This document shows, in pieces, positions 9,486-19,700 of a stretch of 64,000 nucleotides of DNA. Origin of the DNA: an uncultured Acidobacteriota bacterium (lineage in GTDB: Bacteria; Acidobacteriota; Thermoanaerobaculia; Multivoradales; UBA5704). Each line of letters opens with the position of its first letter. Position 1 is the first letter of the stretch. The stretch lies in contig CAVYRF010000002.1 in the NCBI GenBank assembly GCA_963770895.1, positions 5,376,001-5,440,000 of the forward strand, given 5' to 3'. A model generated the notes under the pieces. It worked only from the letters and a program-made list of their open reading frames with translations. It ran no database searches and had not been told where the DNA came from. Position numbers and translations under genes: made by a program.

Positions 9486-10553
9486 TTAGTCGGCGGGCAG
9501 CGTCCAGATGGACAGCGTGTTGGTCACGTCGTCCACCGCGGCGAACTGCGCGGTGTGGCCGCTGACGGCGACGGCGAGACCGAACGAGCCGCCCTGGCCG
9601 GGATCGACCGACAGCTGCTTGACGAACTTGCCTTCGATGGTGAATTCGACGATCTCACTCGGCTGATTCGGGTCGGAATTGATCACGTCGGCGTTGGCGA
9701 CCAGCAGGTGGCCGTTGGGAGCTTCCGCCATGCCGATGGGGCCGTGCAGGTGCACGTTATCCTGATAGATCACGTGTCCCTTGCCGCCGCTGTGATTGGT
9801 GGCGCCGGCGTGGCGCACTTCATAGATCGCGTTGTCTTCGGTCGACGCGACGTACAGGATGTCGGCGTCGACGTTGTACACCAGGCCGGTCGGGGCGACG
9901 ACCAGGGCCGCCGGATCGCAACGAAAGCCGTATCCCGACGCGATTTGAGTGGTGCTCACGACGGTCAAGCCGCTGCCTGAAACCGTGGCGTCCAGCCGCT
10001 GCACCGTGCCGTTCAGGGCGTTGGAGACAAAGATGAGCGCGGTGTGGTTGGGCCGCTCGTAGACGGCCATGTCCCAGGGGCCGTCGATGCCGGAGCCGGC
10101 GATCGCGTCCAGCTGCTTGCCGTCAGCGTCCACCACCAGGAGAGACCCGGCCTGCGCGGTGGCACAGGTGCCGTCCTGGGTGGGGAAATTGCCGACGATC
10201 ACGATGCCTTCGTTGAGCGCCGCCAGGGCGGTCGACAAGCCGGTGCCGGCCGCCGCCTGGAAGAACAGGGTCGGCGATCCGGAGGGCGGCACGTCGACGA
10301 TGGTCGTGCCGGTGCCCTGCTGGTTGTTGCTGTTGTTGAAGTTGGACACCAGGATGTCGCCGGGATGGATGGCGCCTCCGGCAGGGAAGTGCGGCGGCAC
10401 GAAGGCCACGCCGTACGGATTGACGTCGCCGTTGGCGGGAACCGTCGAGACCGTGCGCACCGGGTTGGGCAGGAAGGGGGGCTGTGCGATCGCCGGCGCT
10501 GCCATCAGCGCCACCATCGCCACGGCCAGGATCGTTGCTGCAGCATTTTTCAT
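9486..10553 (-). CDS. Secreted probable beta-propeller (NHL/SMP-30-like) hypothetical protein
   Basis: GGAGGA RBS, then MKNAAATILAVA...AIA signal peptide. Blade-like repeats NPYGVA, GPWDMA, APTGLV and GPIGMA. Confidence 0.7.
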   Translation of the reverse strand: MKNAAATILAVAMVALMAAPAIAQPPFLPNPVRTVSTVPANGDVNPYGVAFVPPHFPAGGAIHPGDILVSNFNNSNNQQGTGTTIVDVPPSGSPTLFFQAAAGTGLSTALAALNEGIVIVGNFPTQDGTCATAQAGSLLVVDADGKQLDAIAGSGIDGPWDMAVYERPNHTALIFVSNALNGTVQRLDATVSGSGLTVVSTTQIASGYGFRCDPAALVVAPTGLVYNVDADILYVASTEDNAIYEVRHAGATNHSGGKGHVIYQDNVHLHGPIGMAEAPNGHLLVANADVINSDPNQPSEIVEFTIEGKFVKQLSVDPGQGGSFGLAVAVSGHTAQFAAVDDVTNTLSIWTLPAD

Positions 10554-10648
10554 ATCTTCCTCCATGGAAAGAGAGATTCGGCCGGTCGGTTTACAACCAC
10601 GGCCGACACGTGAGTCCAGGAGAGCCGACAAAAGGTTCAATTCGCCGG

Positions 10649-10806
10649 CGACCTGCCGGGAGTGCCGGGCCAGGCGGCAGCCCCGGCCGACCTGCCGGGA
10701 GTGCCGGGCCAGGCGGCAGCCCCGGCCGACCTGCCGGAAGTGCCGGGCCAGGCGACAGCCCCGGCCGACCTGCCGGGAGTGCCGGGCCAGGCGACGGCCC
10801 CGGCCG
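10649..10806. repeat. Intergenic tandem repeat, 39 bp x 4
   Basis: Unit CGACCTGCCGGGAGTGCCGGGCCAGGCGGCAGCCCCGGC starts at 10649, 10688, 10727 and 10766 with few substitutions. Confidence 0.95.
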
Positions 10807-10946
10807 CCGCGCCTATCTGGTTTCGACTGTGGCGCGGCGCGGTTGGCCGGCAACGGCGGGCGGTGGGCTGGGGCCTGCGGCACAGTGGCAGGGGCCTTGC
10901 ACGCCTGGTGGCAGGAGCTTCATGGCTCTCTACCAAGGAGACACTG

Positions 10947-11156
10947 ATGAGACTGGTTGCAATCGTCCTGATTGTGTTGGGCATCGTGGGCCTGATCTAC
11001 GGTGGCATCACCTACACGCAGAGAACGCACGATGCCAAGATCGGCCCGATCGACATTTCGGTCAACGAGAACAAGACGGTGCCCATCCCCGTCTGGGCGG
11101 GCGTCGGCGCGATCGTCGTCGGCGGCCTGCTGCTGTTTACCGGCGGACGCAGCTGA
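10947..11156 (+). CDS. Small two-TM membrane protein (69 aa)
   Basis: AAGGAG RBS; MRLVAIVLIVLGIVGLIYGG...KIGPIDIS...PVWAGVGAIVVGGLLLF. Confidence 0.8.
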   Translation: MRLVAIVLIVLGIVGLIYGGITYTQRTHDAKIGPIDISVNENKTVPIPVWAGVGAIVVGGLLLFTGGRS

Positions 11157-11279
11157 ACGGCGCGCTGTTGGCGCCGCTGGCGTGGCCGGCGCGGCGGCGG
11201 CGGGTTGCGCACGCGGCAAGCTGCGTCGTGCGGCGGCGGCGGGCGGCGCGGCATCGCGCGCGGCCGGTCGCGGCGGCGC

Positions 11280-12809
11280 TCAGATGTACTGGAAGAGGAC
11301 CATGAAGCCGTTATCCATGGGCAGCTGCTGCTGGCAGTGAAAGAGCGTGGGGCCGGGGTTGTCTGCCACCATGTCGACTTCGATGCTGCTGTGCGGCTCG
11401 ACGTGCACGACGTCCTTGACGATGCCGGCGGTCAGCCTGCCGTTCAGCTTGGTGATCTGGAAGCTGTGGCGGTGCAGGTGGACCGGGTAGCCCTGGTCGC
11501 TTTCGTTGCGCAGCAGCAGCCGGTAGTGCCAGCCGGGAAGCAGGTAGATCGGGCTGTTCTGCGGATAGGAGCGGCCGTTGACGGTCCACCGGTCAAAGCC
11601 GCCTGCGGCGCCGGCGGTCCTGGCGAAGATCAGCGGGATCTGTTTGTCGGGCGGCTGCAGCAGGCCGGTGCCGCCGAACCAGGCGTAGTTCCACTCCTGC
11701 TGCGGCGGCGCCAGCCAGCGCGGTTTGCCGCTCTGGCCGGCGTATTCCACGACCACGCCGCAGCCCGCCGCGCGATCGGAGTCGTCGGTGCTGCCGAGCA
11801 CCCAGACGCCCTGTCGGTTCATCTCCACCACTGCATCGACGCGCTCGCCGGTGGCCAGCTGCAGGACGTCGACGGTGGCGCGGGTGGGGACCGGGTTGCC
11901 GTCCAGAGCCGTCACCTCAAAGCGATGGCCGGGAAGCGCCAGGCGCACCAGCTTGCCGGCGCCGGCGTTGAGCAGGTGGAACAGCACGCGCTCGCCCTTT
12001 CGCACCCGCACCGGCTCGCCGTGGCCCAAAGCCTTGCCGTTGATGGAAAAGATCCGGTAGCCGATCTCCAGGCCGTTGCCTGCCTGCGGCGCGGCAGCGG
12101 GGGCGCCGTGCCTGCCGGCGCCGGAGCTGGCAGAGGTGCCCGGCATGATGACGCTGGAGCTGGCGGATGTGCTGGGTTTGGCGGCGCTGGAGGTGGCGGT
12201 TACGCCGGGCTTGGTGGCGTCTGACGCGGCGCCGCCGGTCAGGAACGGTTCCCATTCGTGTGTCGCCAGGAAGACTTCGCGATCGTAGCGGCCGGGCTCG
12301 CTCTTGGCCGCGACGACCACGAAGCCGAACTGACCGCTGTAGGCGCCGCGCTCGAGATCGCTGCCGGCGTGGACCTGGGTGTGATACCAGCGCGTGCCGG
12401 CCGGTCCGGGCGTAAAGGTGTAGCGGCGCAGGCCGCGCGCCGGCACCAGCGCGGTGCCTTCTTCTTCGGCGCCGTCGACGTCGGCCGCCACAGCCTGGCC
12501 GTGCCAGTGCACCAGCTCGGCCGCGGCGGTGTCGTTGTGCACTTCGACGATGACCGGCACGCCTTCGCGCATGCGCAAAAGCGGCCCCGGCACGCTGTCG
12601 TCGTAGCCGGTGGTGGCGATCTGGCGGCCGGGCACCGGCTCGACCACCACGCGTGCGATGCGCAGGCTGAAATCGGGGCGCCGCGGCGGGGCGGTGGCGG
12701 CGCCGCTTGCCGCGCCCGCTCCGCCGGGCTGCTGGCCGCAGCCGGGAATCAACAGCGCGCCGCCGAGCGCCGCGGCGCCGCGAAGGAACTCGCGCCGGCT
12801 CGCCGTCAT
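11280..12809 (-). CDS. Tat-exported three-domain multicopper-oxidase-like protein with degenerate copper sites
   Basis: SRREFL Tat signal followed by a lipobox-like Cys. VHWHG, WYHTQ, YPVHLHRH and HCQQQLPMDNGFM at the four Cu-motif positions. Confidence 0.85.
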   Translation of the reverse strand: MTASRREFLRGAAALGGALLIPGCGQQPGGAGAASGAATAPPRRPDFSLRIARVVVEPVPGRQIATTGYDDSVPGPLLRMREGVPVIVEVHNDTAAAELVHWHGQAVAADVDGAEEEGTALVPARGLRRYTFTPGPAGTRWYHTQVHAGSDLERGAYSGQFGFVVVAAKSEPGRYDREVFLATHEWEPFLTGGAASDATKPGVTATSSAAKPSTSASSSVIMPGTSASSGAGRHGAPAAAPQAGNGLEIGYRIFSINGKALGHGEPVRVRKGERVLFHLLNAGAGKLVRLALPGHRFEVTALDGNPVPTRATVDVLQLATGERVDAVVEMNRQGVWVLGSTDDSDRAAGCGVVVEYAGQSGKPRWLAPPQQEWNYAWFGGTGLLQPPDKQIPLIFARTAGAAGGFDRWTVNGRSYPQNSPIYLLPGWHYRLLLRNESDQGYPVHLHRHSFQITKLNGRLTAGIVKDVVHVEPHSSIEVDMVADNPGPTLFHCQQQLPMDNGFMVLFQYI

Positions 12810-13038
12810 GGACCGTGCTCTCGCAACGGCGCCAGTCTAGTGCCCGCCCGGTTCCCCCGCAAGGCACCCGCCAGCCCTCCTCACCCCCCCGGGGCGGGAC
12901 ACCGGCGTCGGCGCCGCCCGGCGGCGTGCCGCGGGTTTTAGTGAACGGAGAGGTTTTGGTGAGCCGAAAGAAAGTGATATCGCTGATGCGGGATTCTAGG
13001 CAGGGGGGGCATCCAGGCAATGCAACATAGGTGACAGA

Positions 13039-13407
13039 TCAGCGACAGGCGTGATTGAGCTGGACGCTGGTGGTGCGGTTCTTTTCGTCCACGAAGACGG
13101 TGCGCGCGGTGAAGTGCTCCGCCGGCTGGACCAGCCCGTAAGCGCAGATGATGGCGATGTCTCCGGCCTGGAAGTGATGGGCGGCGGCGCCGTTCAGACA
13201 GATGATTCCTGAATTGCGTTCGCCGACGATGATGTATGTCTCGAGCCGCGCGCCGTTGGTCACATTGAGCACCTGTACGCGCTCCATGTCGCCCATGTGC
13301 GCGGCGTCGAGCAGGGCCGCGTCGACGGTCACGGACCCGATGTAATCGCGGTTGGCGTCGGTCACGGTGACGCGATGCAGCTTGGCTCTCATGACTTCGA
13401 TCAGCAT
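13039..13407 (-). CDS. panD: Aspartate 1-decarboxylase (pyruvoyl-dependent)
   Basis: K9/H11 (RAKLH), Gly-Ser self-cleavage site YIGSVT, NGARLETY and ICLNGAAA. Confidence 0.95.
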   Translation of the reverse strand: MLIEVMRAKLHRVTVTDANRDYIGSVTVDAALLDAAHMGDMERVQVLNVTNGARLETYIIVGERNSGIICLNGAAAHHFQAGDIAIICAYGLVQPAEHFTARTVFVDEKNRTTSVQLNHACR

Positions 13408-13517
13408 GTCGAGTAAACCCCCCAGCTAGGTGTGCGCGAAATCCCCCCGACCGTGACACCCCCCACGAGAACAGACGAATTTGGGCTAGTGCTTGGTGCG
13501 ACGAGCTCGCTTATAAA

Positions 13518-13546
13518 AGTGTGGCAGGGCACAATGCGCGTGTCAA
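13518..13546 (-). promoter_or_regulatory. Putative sigma70 promoter for panD
   Basis: Minus-strand TTGACA, 17-bp spacer, CACACT, in an AT-richer intergenic region. Confidence 0.4.
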
Positions 13547-13582
13547 GAAACGCGGGCACCCGCGCAGCGGTGTGTCGCTACA

Positions 13583-13606
13583 TTGAGCAACGGTAAACCT
13601 GCTCAA
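13583..13606. promoter_or_regulatory. Inverted repeat, candidate operator between panD and NRPS-A
   Basis: TTGAGCA-N10-TGCTCAA. Confidence 0.4.
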
Positions 13607-13798
13607 ATTCGCACTGTGTACCGACCGTGATGTCTTTCTATCATGCCTGACTGTTTAGGCGCTCTCGACTCCGCGCCGCGATCTTGAGTACCATCTGGTC
13701 TCTCTGGTCTGCGCTCACAACACTGATCGAAGAAGCTGCTGCCGGTGAGTCTGCCTCGGGGAGTGGATGCCGGGGGCGGGCAGGCCACAGGAGGTGCG

Positions 13799-16700
13799 AT
13801 GCTGGAAACCGCCGTCGAGCTGATCTACGAGCTGTCGCCGATGCAGCAGGGCATGCTGTTCCACAGCGTGTATGCCCCGGGCTCGGGCGACTACGTGGTG
13901 CAGCTCAGCCTGCGGCTGGCAGGGCGGTTGGATATCGGCGCCTTCGTGCGGTCCTGGCAGCGCGTCGCCGATCGGCACGGCATACTGCGCACCGGCTTTC
14001 ACTGGGAAGACCTGGAGCGGCCGGTGCAGGTCGTCTACCGCGAAGTCGACCTGGAAGTGCGGCGCGAGTCGTGGCGCGACCTTGCGGCTCCCGCCCAGCA
14101 GGAACGCCTGGCGCGCTACCTGGAAGCCGATCGCGAACGCGGTTTCGACGTTGCGGAGCCGCCGCTGGTGCGGCTGGCACTGTTCGAGCTGGACCACGGC
14201 GTGTACCAATTCGTCTGGAGCCTGCACCACCTGCTGACCGACGGATGGTCGCAGGGGCTCTTGCTGCGCGAGCTCTTTGCCTGCTATGCGGCGTTCGCCG
14301 CCGGCCGCGAACCGGCGCTGGGCCGCGCGCCGTCGTACCGCGACTATATCGCCTGGCTGCAGCGGCAGGACCTGGGCGCGGCGGAGGCATTCTGGCGCCG
14401 CGCCCTGGCCGGTTTCAGCGCGCCGACGCCGATCGCGGCACGCGCCAGGACGGCGCCGGCCGCCGCCGACCGGCGGAGCACCGAGCGGCACACGCGGCTG
14501 CTCGACGCCGCGACCAGCGCGCAGCTGCGGGACGCGGCGCGGGGGCGGCGTTTGACGTTGAACACCGTCGTCCAGGGGGCGTGGGCGCTGCTGCTGGCGC
14601 GCGCCGCGGCATCGCGCGACGTGGTGTTCGGCGTCACCGTCGCCGGCCGCCCCGAGGACCTGCCCGGCGCGCAGGCGATCGTCGGACCGTTCATCAACAC
14701 CCTGCCGGCGCGCTTCCGCATCGCGCCGGGGGTGGCGCTGGGCGATTGGCTGGCGACGGTGCAGCAGGAGCAGCTGGCGCTGCGCAGCTTTGAGCACTCG
14801 CCGCTCTACCAGGTGCAGGCCTGGAGCGAGCTGCCGGCGGGTGCGCCGCTGTTCGATCACATTGTGGCGTTCGAAAACTACCCGCTGGACGAGGCGCTGG
14901 CGGGGGTGCTGTCCGATCTCGCGATCTCCGCGGTTTCGACCCACGAGCAGACCAACTACCCGATGGCGCTGGTGGTCGCTCCCGGCGACAGCCTGTCGCT
15001 GGCGATCCTGTGCGACGGCGCCCGGTTCTCCGGCGCGACGGCGGCGCGGTGGCTGGACGACCTGGGGAGCCTCCTGGGCACCCTGGCGACCGCTCCCGAG
15101 GTATGGGCGGAAGACGTTGCGCACGTCGTCGGGCCGCAGTCCTCGGCGCTTGCCGGACAGGCCGCATTCACCGTGCCGGCGGCGGCGGCGGATGCGCTCC
15201 ACGCCCTGGCGGCCAGGTCGGGAGCGACGCTCTTTTCGCTGCTGCTCGCCGCCCTGGCGGCGCTCCTGGCGCGCTATGCGGGGTGCGACCAGGTGCCGAT
15301 CGACGCGCGCTTTGCGCATCGCGATCCTGACGGGACCGCGGACCGCGGCGGCGGTGCCCTGGTGCTGCGCGACGATCCTGCCGGCGGGCTGACCTTCGCC
15401 GAGCTGATCGTGCGGGCGCAGCAGCTGCTGCGCGCCGCCCAGCCGCACCACGACGTGTGCCAGGCCACGGCCGGCGCCGACCTGGCGCCGCTCGCGACGG
15501 TGCGCGGCGCCGTCGTGCCGCCCCTGGTCCAGGTGCTGCTCACGCTGCGCGGCATCGCGCCGATCGCCGACGTCGCTATGCCGGCGGCGGCCGGCGCCCA
15601 GCTGGCGGTGACGCTGGCGGAGACCGCCGCCGGCATGGCGGGCTCGGTGCAGCACGGCGGCGACCTCTTCGATCGCGCCTGGACCGGGCGCCTGGCCGGC
15701 CAGCTGCAAGCGCTGCTGACGGCGCTGCCGGGCGTGGCGGACCGGCCGCTGTGGGCCCTGCCGGTGCTGCCGCAGGCCGAGCGCTGGCAGCTGGTGGCGG
15801 AGTGGAACGACACCCGGTCGAACTACTCCCTGGCACCGCCGCTGGTGCACCAGCGGGTGGTGTCGCAGGCGGCGCGGGCGCCGCACGCGGTGGCGGTCAC
15901 CGGCGGCGGCCACAGCCTGACCTACGGCGAGCTGGTCGCCCGCGCCGACCGCCTGGCCGCGCGCCTGCAATCCCTGGGCATCGGCCCCGAGCTGCGGGTC
16001 GCGGTCTGCGCCGGCAGGAGCCCGGCGCGCGTCGTCGGCCTGCTGGCGGTGTTGCAGGCCGCAGGCGTCTACGTGCCGCTCGATCCGGCCCATCCGCCCG
16101 AGCGTCTGGCCTTTCTGATCCAGGACGCGGGAGCGCAGGTGGTGCTGGTCGAGGAACGCCACCGCGCTCGCCTGCCGGCGCCGGCGGTGGCGACGCTCTA
16201 CCTGGACGACGCCGCCGCGGTGGTGGCGACGGCCGGGCCGGCCGTCGGCGACGGCCGACGCCGCATCACCGGCAGCGCCAGCAGCGGCGGCGACGCCGGC
16301 GTCGGCCTGGACCACCTGGCGTACGTCATCTACACCTCGGGCTCGACCGGGCAGCCCAAGGGCATCGAGGTGCCGCATCGCGGCTTCCTCAACCTGGTGG
16401 AGTGGCACCTGGAGCGCTACGCCGTCACCGCCCAGGACCGCTCGACCCTGCAGGCCAGCCCGGCGTTCGACGCCGCGGTGTGGGAGCTGTGGCCCTACCT
16501 GGCGGTCGGCGCCAGCGTGCACATTCCGCCCGACGAGGAGACGCGCCTGTCGGCGCCGGCGCTGCGGCGATGGTGGGCCAGGGAGCGCATCAGCGTGGTG
16601 TTCCTGGTCACGCCGCTGGCCGAACGGGTGGTGGAGGACGAGGCGGCGGCGGTGCGGCGCCAGGAGCCGCCCCTGCCGGGGCCGCGGGTGCTGCTGACCG

Positions 16701-19700
16701 GCGGCGACCGCCTGCGCCGCCGCCCTGCCGCGGGCAGCACCCTGCGCCTGGTCAACGGCTATGGGCCGTCGGAGTATTCGGTGATCACCAGCCTGGGCGA
16801 CGTGGCGCCGGAGGACGCCGCGGCGGCGGCGGAGCCGGGGGGCCAGCGCCTGCCGGCGATCGGCCGCCCGGTGCCCAACACCGAGGTCTACATCGTGGAT
16901 CGCCTGGGCGAACTGGCACCGGTCGCGGTGCCGGGCGAGCTGTGCATCGCCGGAGCGGGCCTGGCGCGCGGCTACGTGGGCCGGCCGGAGATGACGGCGG
17001 AGCGTTTCGTGCCGCACCCCTGGAGCGCTCAACCGGGCGCCCGCATGTACCGCACCGGCGACCTGGCGCGCCGCCTGCCGGACGGCGAGCTGGAATTCGC
17101 CGGCCGCTTGGACCACCAGGTCAAGCTGCGCGGCTTCCGCATCGAGCTGGGCGAGATCGAGGCGGTGCTGCGCAATCTCCCGCGGCTGGCCGAAGCGGTG
17201 GTGCTGCTGCGCGAAGACGGCGGCGGCGAGGCGCGGCTGGCCGCCTACGTGACGGCGGCGCCCGGGCAGCCGGCGCCGGACGTCGCCGAGCTGCGCGCGC
17301 ACCTGGCGCGGAGCCTGCCGGACTACATGGTGCCGGCCGGTTTCCTGGTGGTGGAGGCGCTGCCGCTCACCGCGACCGGCAAGCTCGACCGGCGGACCCT
17401 GGCGGCGACGGCGCCGCCGCCCAGGTGGGGCGTCGAGGCGGCGGCGCCCGATGCGGCCGGCGCGGCGCTCTCGCCGGTGGCGGAAATCGTCTGCGGCATC
17501 TTCGCCGAGGTGCTCAAGCGCGAGCACGTGGCGCCCGCAGACGGCTTCTTCGACCTGGGCGGCCATTCGCTGCTGGCGCTGCAGGTGGTGTCGCGGGTCC
17601 GCCAGTCGCTGGGCGTCGAGCTGCCGCTGGCGAGCCTGTTCGAGCTGGGCACCGCCGCGGCGGTGGCCGGCGAGGTGGAGCTTTTGCGGCGCGCCGAAGA
17701 CGGCGCGGGGGCGGCGACCGAGGCGCCGCCCATCGTGCCGGTGCCGCGCGGCGCGGAGCTGCCGCTGTCGTTTGCCCAGCAGCGGCTGTGGTTCCTCGAC
17801 CAGATGGCCCCCGGCGGCGCCGCCTACAACGTGCCGGTGGCGATGCAGCTGCTGGGCGACCTGGCGCCCGACCGGCTGGCGCGGTCGTTCGCCGCGGTGG
17901 TCGCCCGCCACGAGGTGCTGCGCACCACCTTCGCGGCGCGCGGCGGCGAGCCGGTGCAGGTCGTCGCCGCGGCGGCGTGCCCGCGGCTGCCGGTCGTCGA
18001 CCTGGCGGCGCTGCCGCCGCCGGCGCGGCAGGCCGAGGCCGATCGGCTGGCGGCGGCCGAAGGACGGCGGCCGTTCGACCTGGAGCGCGGCCCGCTGCTG
18101 CGTCTGGCGCTGCTGCGCCGGGCGCCGCAGGATCACCTGCTGCTGCTGACGCTGCACCACATCGCGGCGGACGGCTGGTCGGTGGCGATCCTGGTGCGCG
18201 AGCTGGTGGCGCTGTACGGAGGCTTGTCGCGTCCGGCGGCGCCCGCCGAGCCTGCTGCCCAGCTCACCCCGGACCCGGCGCCGGTCTTGCCGCCGCTGCC
18301 CATCCAGTACGCCGACTTCGCGGTGTGGCAGCGCCGCTGGCTGTCGGGCGAGGTGCTCGCCGGGCAGCTCGCCTGGTGGCGCGCGCGGCTGGCCGGCGCG
18401 CCGCGTCTGCTGGCGCTGCCGGTCGATCGGCCGTACCCGGCGACCCCCTCGCACCGCGGCGGCGTGGTGCCGGTGGCGCTGCCTGCCGGCGTGGCGGGGG
18501 ACGTCGGCGCGCTGGTCCGGCGCCAGGGCGCGACGCTGTTCATGACCTTGCTGGCCGCCTTCGGCGCCCTGCTGAGCCGCCTGACGGATCAGCAGGATCT
18601 GCTGATCGGCGCGCCGGTCGCCAACCGCAACCGCCGCGAAACCGAAGACCTGGTCGGCTTCTTCGTCAACACCCTGGTGCTGCGTCTGGACGGCAGCGGC
18701 GAGCCCACCTTCGAGGAGCTGCTGGCGCGGGTGCGCCACGAAGCGCTGGGCGCCTTTTCGCACCAGGACCTGCCGTTCGAGCGGCTGGTCGAAGAGCTGG
18801 CGGTGGAGCGCGACCTGCGCATCGCGCCGCTGGTCCAGGCGACGTTCAGCCTGCAGAACCTGCCGGCCGCCCGCTTCGACCTGCCGGGCCTGCGCGTGCA
18901 GCGTCTGCCGCCACCCGGCGGCGGCGCCAAGTTCGATCTGCAGCTGACCCTGGTGGAGACCGCGGCGGGGCTGGCGGGCGCCCTGGACTTTAGTGCCGAC
19001 CTGTTCGACGCCGCCACCGCTCGCCGGCTGGCCGGGCAGTTCGGCACCCTGCTCGCGGCTGCCGCGGCGGCGCCCGCAACGGCGCTGGGCGACCTGCCGC
19101 TGCTGTCCGCGGCCGAGCGTTGGCAGCTGACCGGCGAGTGGAACGACGCGCGCCCGGTTACGGCGCCCGCCAGCACGGTGCACGAGCTGTTCGCGGCCCA
19201 GGCGGCGGCAGCGCCCGACGCGGTGGCGGTGGTGATCGACGACGCCTGCCTGAGCTACGGCGCGCTCGCCGCCGCGGCGCGGCGCCTGGCGGGTGCGCTG
19301 ATCGCGGCGGGGGTGCGGGCGGAGGAGCGGGTGGGGCTCTACGCCGAACGGTCGCCGCACACGATCGCCGCAATGTTGGGCATCCTGGCCGCCGGCGCGG
19401 CCTACCTGCCGATCGATCCGGCCTATCCCGACGAGCGGCTGCGCCACATGCTCGACGACGGCGGCGTGCGGGTGGCGCTGGCCTCCGGCCAGGCGCTGGC
19501 CGAGCGGCTGAGCGCGATCGCGGCGCCGGCTGCGGCGGCGGGGGCGTTGCCGGCGCCGGCGGTGCGCTGGATCGACCTGGACGCCGCGGCGTATCCGGGG
19601 GCGCGTCCGGGAGCCGGCGGCGACGCTCGGACGGGAGTGGCCGTCGCGCCCGAGCAGCTGGCCTACGTGATCTATACCTCGGGCTCGACCGGCCGACCGA

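Noticed and set aside
10649-10806. 39-bp repeats as a CRISPR array
   Set aside because: Units are directly adjacent with no unique spacers, and there are no cas genes.
10554-10946. N-terminal extensions of the two genes flanking the 39-bp repeat
   Set aside because: Both genes have good RBS-ATG starts outside the repeat; the frames stay open only because the unit is 39 bp and lacks stops.
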